Shown in pieces: positions 61,101 through 64,000 of a stretch of DNA of 64,000 nucleotides (the first letter of the stretch is position 1; each line of letters starts with the position of its first letter). This stretch comes from a virus. A program made the position numbers and the translations under genes. Below the pieces are notes generated by a model, which worked only from the letters and a program-made list of their open reading frames with translations, was not told where the DNA came from and did not search any database. The DNA lies in IMG/VR virus record IMGVR_UViG_3300045010_000308, positions 9,057 through 73,056 of that record. One strand, given 5' to 3'.

Positions 61101-63998
61101 GTTCGCGATCCACGCGTCGACCACGAAGCCGTCGCGCAGCTTGCGGATGTATTCTTCGTCTCCGAGTCGGTCGCCGAGCTCGTTGCGAGCGCCTGGGATC
61201 AGCGGAGACACGATGCGTGTCTCGCCGCCGTCCACGCCGAGGATCGTCCGCGCGGCCGGCGTGCCGGTCAGCTCGTAGAGCGCCGCGGCGAGCGCCTCGT
61301 TCTCGGCGTGAGCCTGCGACTTGGGGACCTTGACGTAGTACTCGTTGCCGTCTGCGTCGCGGTAGAAGCCGCCGACGTTCGAGCCCGCTTGGCCGCCGAA
61401 CATCTCCCAGTCGCTGACGTCCAGCGTGTCGTCGCCGTCGAAGATGTCTCGCTCGGGAGCCTGCCGCGCTCGGCGGATCTCGACCGCGAGCTTCTCTCGC
61501 TTCGGGTTGAGCAGGTCACGGACCTGGTTGACACTGACGACCTCGTACGTGCCGAAGCCGACGTGCTCGCCCTCGCCGAACCACGAGACGCCGCTCGCGT
61601 TGAACGAGTCGACCTCGCCTGGAGCGGCGACGAACACGACCTGCGTGAGGCGCGAGTCCGGAGCGAACTGCATCGACCCGGCCATCGTCGCGCTCGTCAA
61701 GTCTTGAGTGGTGAACGAGCGCGCGTCCATGTCGAAGACGGCGCCCGGGGTCGTGTACGTCGCCAGGATGTCGTCGTCTGGCGCCACGCCGATCGTGCGC
61801 TGCAGTCGGACCTTGCTCGGCCTCGCGGCCGCGCGCGTCAACCGGTAGAACGCCGCGGCGACGCTGCCGCTGTCGAGGTCGTCTACGCCGTCGGCGATCC
61901 GCGACTTCCCGTCGACGAAGTCGGCGAAGCCGCCGTACTCGTCGTACAGCTCGTCGAGCATCTCTCTTCCGTCGCGGTCTGGGAACGCGGCCTCGAGCGA
62001 CCGGACCATGATCCCCTCGAAGCTCTCGAGCTCGAGCGGGAAGTCTTCCGGCATGTCGGCGCGAGCCTCTTCGGCGACGTCTCCGCCTCCGAGGTTCTGG
62101 AGCAGCCCCCACAGCCCGCGGAACGCCTCGCGCTCGTCTCTCGTGCCCTGCGACCACGGGAGGATGCGAGCGAGGAACTCGCCGCGCGTCGAGTCGTCTG
62201 CTCCGACCGCGTCGGTCACGCCGTCGTCGAGGTCGTTGAGAGCCTGCGCGAGCTCGGTGAGCTTCGTGTTGCGCTCTTCGTAGTCTGTCATCAGCTCGCG
62301 TGCGCGCCGAGCGCGGGTCGGCGTGGCGACCTCTTGGTTCGACCGGACAGCGTCGGTGCGGCCGGGGCCTGCGGTCGGCACGAGGTCGGGAGCCTCGTCC
62401 GGGCCGACCCGCATGTCTTCGCGCATCTGCTTGACCTTGTCCATGTTGACAGGCTCGTCGAGGAGCGAGTCGTACAGCCCGGCGAGCAGCATGTCGGCGT
62501 CGAGGCCTTTCTGCGAGAGCGCCTCGTAGAGCGCCTCGGCCGGGACCATCTCGTCGCCGCCGTCGAACGGCAGCAGGCCCTCGCCGTCGGCGGCCCGCTG
62601 CCCGTCAGGCAAGACGGCGCCCTTGAGCGCGCGCCCCAGCGTCTCCGCGTCGAACTTGTTGGCGAGCACCGCGGGGTCGTCGGTGTAGTCGTCCGCGTCC
62701 TCCGTCGTGCGGCCCTTCGGCGTGTAGAGGTCGAAGATCTTCGGCTTGTACGCGCCGTCCGGCGTCGTGAACATCTCGTCGAACTCCGTGTCGCTGACTC
62801 CGCGGTCTGGGTCGGCCTCCTCGATCATGCGCTGGGCCTCGAGCTCGCCCTCGACCAGGTCGTTGACCTGCTTCTCGACGAACTCTTGAGCCTCCTCGAT
62901 CGTGTCGAACAGCTGGTCGAACTCTTCGTCCCGCGCGTCCTGCCCGCCGTTGCGGAAGATGTCCATCTCACGCCGCACGCCGTACATGCCGCGCGGCGCG
63001 GAGAATATCTCGTAGAAGCCGTCGATCTCTTCGGTGTCAAGGCGGATGCTCTCGCCGTCTTGGTCCGAGGGGATGTACCAGTCTCGGTTGGAGCCCGCGT
63101 CTCGCCGCGTGAAACCCTCGCGGTCGAACTTGCCGCGCTTCGCCTCCTCGCGCTCGTCGTCGTCGTCGCCTCGGCGCTTCACGTCGAGCACCCTGTCGAG
63201 CGCTTCTGTGAACATGCGAAGCTGCGACGCGCTCGGGAGCATGTCCTCGACCTTCTTGATCGCCTCGGCGCGCGCCTCGGGGGTGTCACCCCGAGCGAAG
63301 ACCTCGTCGGCCGCGTCGATCGCCGCGTCGTCTGGGTCGAAGTCGATGACCGCCAGCAGCCTGCCGACGCTGTCGACCGTGTCGTCGACGTACATCGGCA
63401 GCAGCGTGTAGTCGGCGCCGAGCTCGTCGTACTCTCGGAGGTTCTTGACGAACCTGCTCCAGTCTGAGTCCGCGTGCGCGTCGTTCATCTCGTCGATGAG
63501 CTCGGCCATGCGCCGGTAGACTCCGCCGTTCGCCTCGTCGAGGAACCCGGACTCGAGCTTGTCTTTCGACTTCGCGCGCTCGAAGATGTCGAGGAGTGTC
63601 CCGCCTCCCTCCCAGACGATCTCTTGCTGCTCGGGCGTCAGGACCTCCGGCGAGACCTCGCGCCCCAGCGGGCCGCCGTCTTGCTCGGCCTCCCATGTCG
63701 CGCGGTCTTTTGCGTTTCCATCGACGTACATGTCGACGTAGATCTTCTCCTGCTCGGCTCTCGTCGTGCCCGCGCCGACGTAGTAGCCCTCCTCGGTCGC
63801 GGACTCTCGCCAGTCGCGCAACTCTGACGGCGTGAGGTCGTCCCACGACTGGCCCGCCTCAGCGCGGACGTCGGCGATGTACCTGTCGTAGCCGTCTTCA
63901 GGCGGCGGGTCGTCGTCATCGTCGCCGTCGCGCAGCCGCTCGAGCTTGTCGTCGATGTCTGCAAGCTGCTTGTCGAGCCGGTCTCTTCGGTCGTTGAG
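55107..63998 (-). CDS. giant multi-domain (polyvalent) protein, 5'-truncated, at least 2963 aa: ART-like, HipA/PI3K-like kinase, DnaQ exonuclease, C-terminal ART-like
   Basis: Frame is open from 63821 to the window end; motifs LQRT/RSFTT/GEGEH; YYVK..ENE..NWD..DN..VDPG; DYETTG..PFD..HRADADA; FHSIT..GGADYVFT..YELMFK. Confidence 0.85.
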   Translation of the reverse strand, partial: LNDRRDRLDKQLADIDDKLERLRDGDDDDDPPPEDGYDRYIADVRAEAGQSWDDLTPSELRDWRESATEEGYYVGAGTTRAEQEKIYVDMYVDGNAKDRATWEAEQDGGPLGREVSPEVLTPEQQEIVWEGGGTLLDIFERAKSKDKLESGFLDEANGGVYRRMAELIDEMNDAHADSDWSRFVKNLREYDELGADYTLLPMYVDDTVDSVGRLLAVIDFDPDDAAIDAADEVFARGDTPEARAEAIKKVEDMLPSASQLRMFTEALDRVLDVKRRGDDDDEREEAKRGKFDREGFTRRDAGSNRDWYIPSDQDGESIRLDTEEIDGFYEIFSAPRGMYGVRREMDIFRNGGQDARDEEFDQLFDTIEEAQEFVEKQVNDLVEGELEAQRMIEEADPDRGVSDTEFDEMFTTPDGAYKPKIFDLYTPKGRTTEDADDYTDDPAVLANKFDAETLGRALKGAVLPDGQRAADGEGLLPFDGGDEMVPAEALYEALSQKGLDADMLLAGLYDSLLDEPVNMDKVKQMREDMRVGPDEAPDLVPTAGPGRTDAVRSNQEVATPTRARRARELMTDYEERNTKLTELAQALNDLDDGVTDAVGADDSTRGEFLARILPWSQGTRDEREAFRGLWGLLQNLGGGDVAEEARADMPEDFPLELESFEGIMVRSLEAAFPDRDGREMLDELYDEYGGFADFVDGKSRIADGVDDLDSGSVAAAFYRLTRAAARPSKVRLQRTIGVAPDDDILATYTTPGAVFDMDARSFTTQDLTSATMAGSMQFAPDSRLTQVVFVAAPGEVDSFNASGVSWFGEGEHVGFGTYEVVSVNQVRDLLNPKREKLAVEIRRARQAPERDIFDGDDTLDVSDWEMFGGQAGSNVGGFYRDADGNEYYVKVPKSQAHAENEALAAALYELTGTPAARTILGVDGGETRIVSPLIPGARNELGDRLGDEEYIRKLRDGFVVDAWIANWDVAGLVYDNVMSDADGNPTRVDPGGALLFRARGAEKGANFGDTVRELDTLRDRDLNPQNSRVFGGITDAELADQANRLRALDPAEVDATIDRIVSDPVMAATLKERLRNRRADIIQRVLGVDVKNEESAPLSTGTKYKTRDLQPGDVTTTDSFVIESVFTDADTPKGKMSVQGYFPGHESQRKEWNPTTEIDVFRGGPTPAKGDKPALHRPTPPRKPSDGAFTGQVLEALRGAGSWEEASRRLGDIELVFFDYETTGLPDRDKPDVIELNRPVQLGAVKVRNGEIVDRFNTYMDPDFRLSEWSAANLKRQDGESVTDEWLKTQPGMKEAHQQFIDWAGGSAILGGQYVPFDREVLERVLREQGLSFEILGTLDTKDIAASTLPRYSKNKPDGPSSVGEDGVRRASNSLGPIADYLGVEKENWHRADADAAMAANVLAAMLKRAAGDDTVSKELLDVDGTIERKRAADAQYEADLEAYKAAKADYEAAKAVAAAWNCGLTAAITGKNGPCDVPSVDTLIQNAQVKPGETADPDGVPGGDTSSPSSMADSGVERPEDDGVDVSRREFDKALKTGKKDVKDAVKIIADDEDAKTSTRNRAKKVLEAFDSIVADFEDGKITGEEASERLKAIIEAKERSNDDIDFLATEIDLVADVFSGEAFKPKQEDGMPPIGAHDPKSGRILGVSKDGVTIIRPGMLVRDKNGFAGVVARYANPGTAENTPAWHGVHVIGAIDGKQYNKVTWQLTPIMPGDDDSIYIEGPKGYTGHKKKGTEIPDGSIKKGFKDWDPKAKAFHEARAEEDDKVPKASEGKVPKASAPEGASEPDTSPDAPEGEAKQVEDFIAEWDPFKELDDVGKAKEQEKREEAEAQKKLTDEIDAERARLRAEKAPKPEPAEEVEESERDKAISEARRLVSAIIAREVTEADVEEMVQSELDDEDSSYADKVAYQKIRDAAKELFGKLKSPGEAYGERVKDLIGSKVANDMLRAILMEAPGSTFKEPAKLVDIFNEINEYLKRDKAGEAIDTEAFAELADRRMREVFDVPDNPEYVKHVEELEASERYAYETMRDAISDRFDAIEGGTADRPPAPTTFDEIDEEVKSEVKQMVWSFSSIMLTAKHSGLLQYLSAFKKGPTVQQEAADALRQLRDGNFGTAKDLLDWTSKFVDRVAEGVAENAKVGKASPDDKLNAGSIMYELKTLLDDLDTSVNLLEVEESNLTGQTLPPLDVSDIDPDGVDEFWSSSVNVEKAVELDYLGIYDLVGALSSGSFEVLLENDAGKQVATPLEKALRDVDSNDASYYTREQVIKYVLQRTKRILTDNVVPSVARALESLDLQYRGKWTSTSKAAPPATARQIAQTVDDLKRFAFLMGQAAYVDRQHGGYNLKETEAAKKQLDALVDRVELMVIQNRAASPRFDAEYSKAADDIREERFQDAQALDDSFVPPTPPLRAIDVEGVDWDSSPSTEVLSLNGALQRADAIADARKGRGKPENEGRTTADIVRTLGDGTDIEDMAIDVVSTANSDGTKELTRVQYKLTKWASDRFMDELKAQPDVEVRSQVTLPITAYLPAAGEDTSLVGLKRETMYPPPPGWEGGHRTVESTLVFHDYGFLSGYLGKNGQYYYTRVIDGVEVKFQYIKADYDEANSGSYKSFSNLVTIDVPRGTDPTVIAKAMQLGGVNDPRAATLDDTRLLVENRLIAVLGGKVDANRYPTNEVARAAQLAEINSKYGVSADQFELRVGTSGRIELVGPPSLGEAIRNKTRVDLIFHSITQGNFIDGTRGGFQPDAVANGIANMFKPGQGLRSTNSRVLRGGTEVGASSQTDTETGGADYVFTTPADGVSGLASNIHKGTGGWGTTFIVYDAPELFRRVDFFGNKDDEFGRRRAPKREEEKADTDWVIDDIVPGAYELMFKGEIGHDAVAFIVVGNESEKNRLVTALKARGINKIGGQAVEVVVTYGIANDVVARRGNAKVTKLLSKDDLEYRYPNETFSDGTDVLSDPVE

Positions 63999-64000
63999 CC

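Noticed and set aside
60471-63467. 998-aa + strand ORF and many other long antisense or alternate-frame ORFs
   Set aside because: Shadow ORFs from GC-rich codon bias opposite well-supported genes; Arg/Val/Leu-rich with no motifs.
1-64000. tRNA/rRNA genes, integrase, att sites, lysis genes, terminase and portal
   Set aside because: None recognised. Intergenic gaps are short with no cloverleaf seen; packaging and lysis genes presumably lie outside the window.

Overview
The whole window is tailed-phage DNA with an actinobacterial host signature (two WhiB genes, high GC, TGnTAnnnT extended -10 promoters, some leaderless). It has two halves with opposite orientation and different sequence composition. 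(1) 1-14.6 kb, + strand: a tape measure gene and tail-tip gene, three serially repeated four-part modules (short anchor, ~120-aa adaptor, glycine-rich adhesin-like protein, small chaperone-like protein), then a GT2-TPR-GT2 glycosyltransferase and a methyltransferase. (2) 14.6-64 kb, - strand: a large phage. From the right end it carries a >2960-aa multi-enzyme protein (ART-like, HipA/PI3K-like kinase, DnaQ exonuclease and a second ART-like domain; 5'-truncated), a 1435-aa protease polyprotein, hexamer- and pentamer-type capsid genes, a full tail module with a second tape measure gene, and a replication cluster (PolA, RuvC-like, SNF2 helicase, Cas4-like nuclease, Sak4-like ATPase, SSB). Around the replication cluster lies a DNA base hypermodification pathway: a dCMP-type thymidylate synthase homologue, dNMP kinase-UDG fusion, deaminase, dCTPase-like enzyme, sugar kinase/HAD/nucleotidyltransferase, two GT-B enzymes and a divergent C5 methyltransferase. 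Bases 1-5355 lack GGCC/AGCT/ACGT/CGCG by my scan, while the right half is full of them. Two genomes therefore appear joined through the shared glycine-rich modules, by recombination or by chimeric assembly. All functions come from motif recognition by eye; no searches were run.
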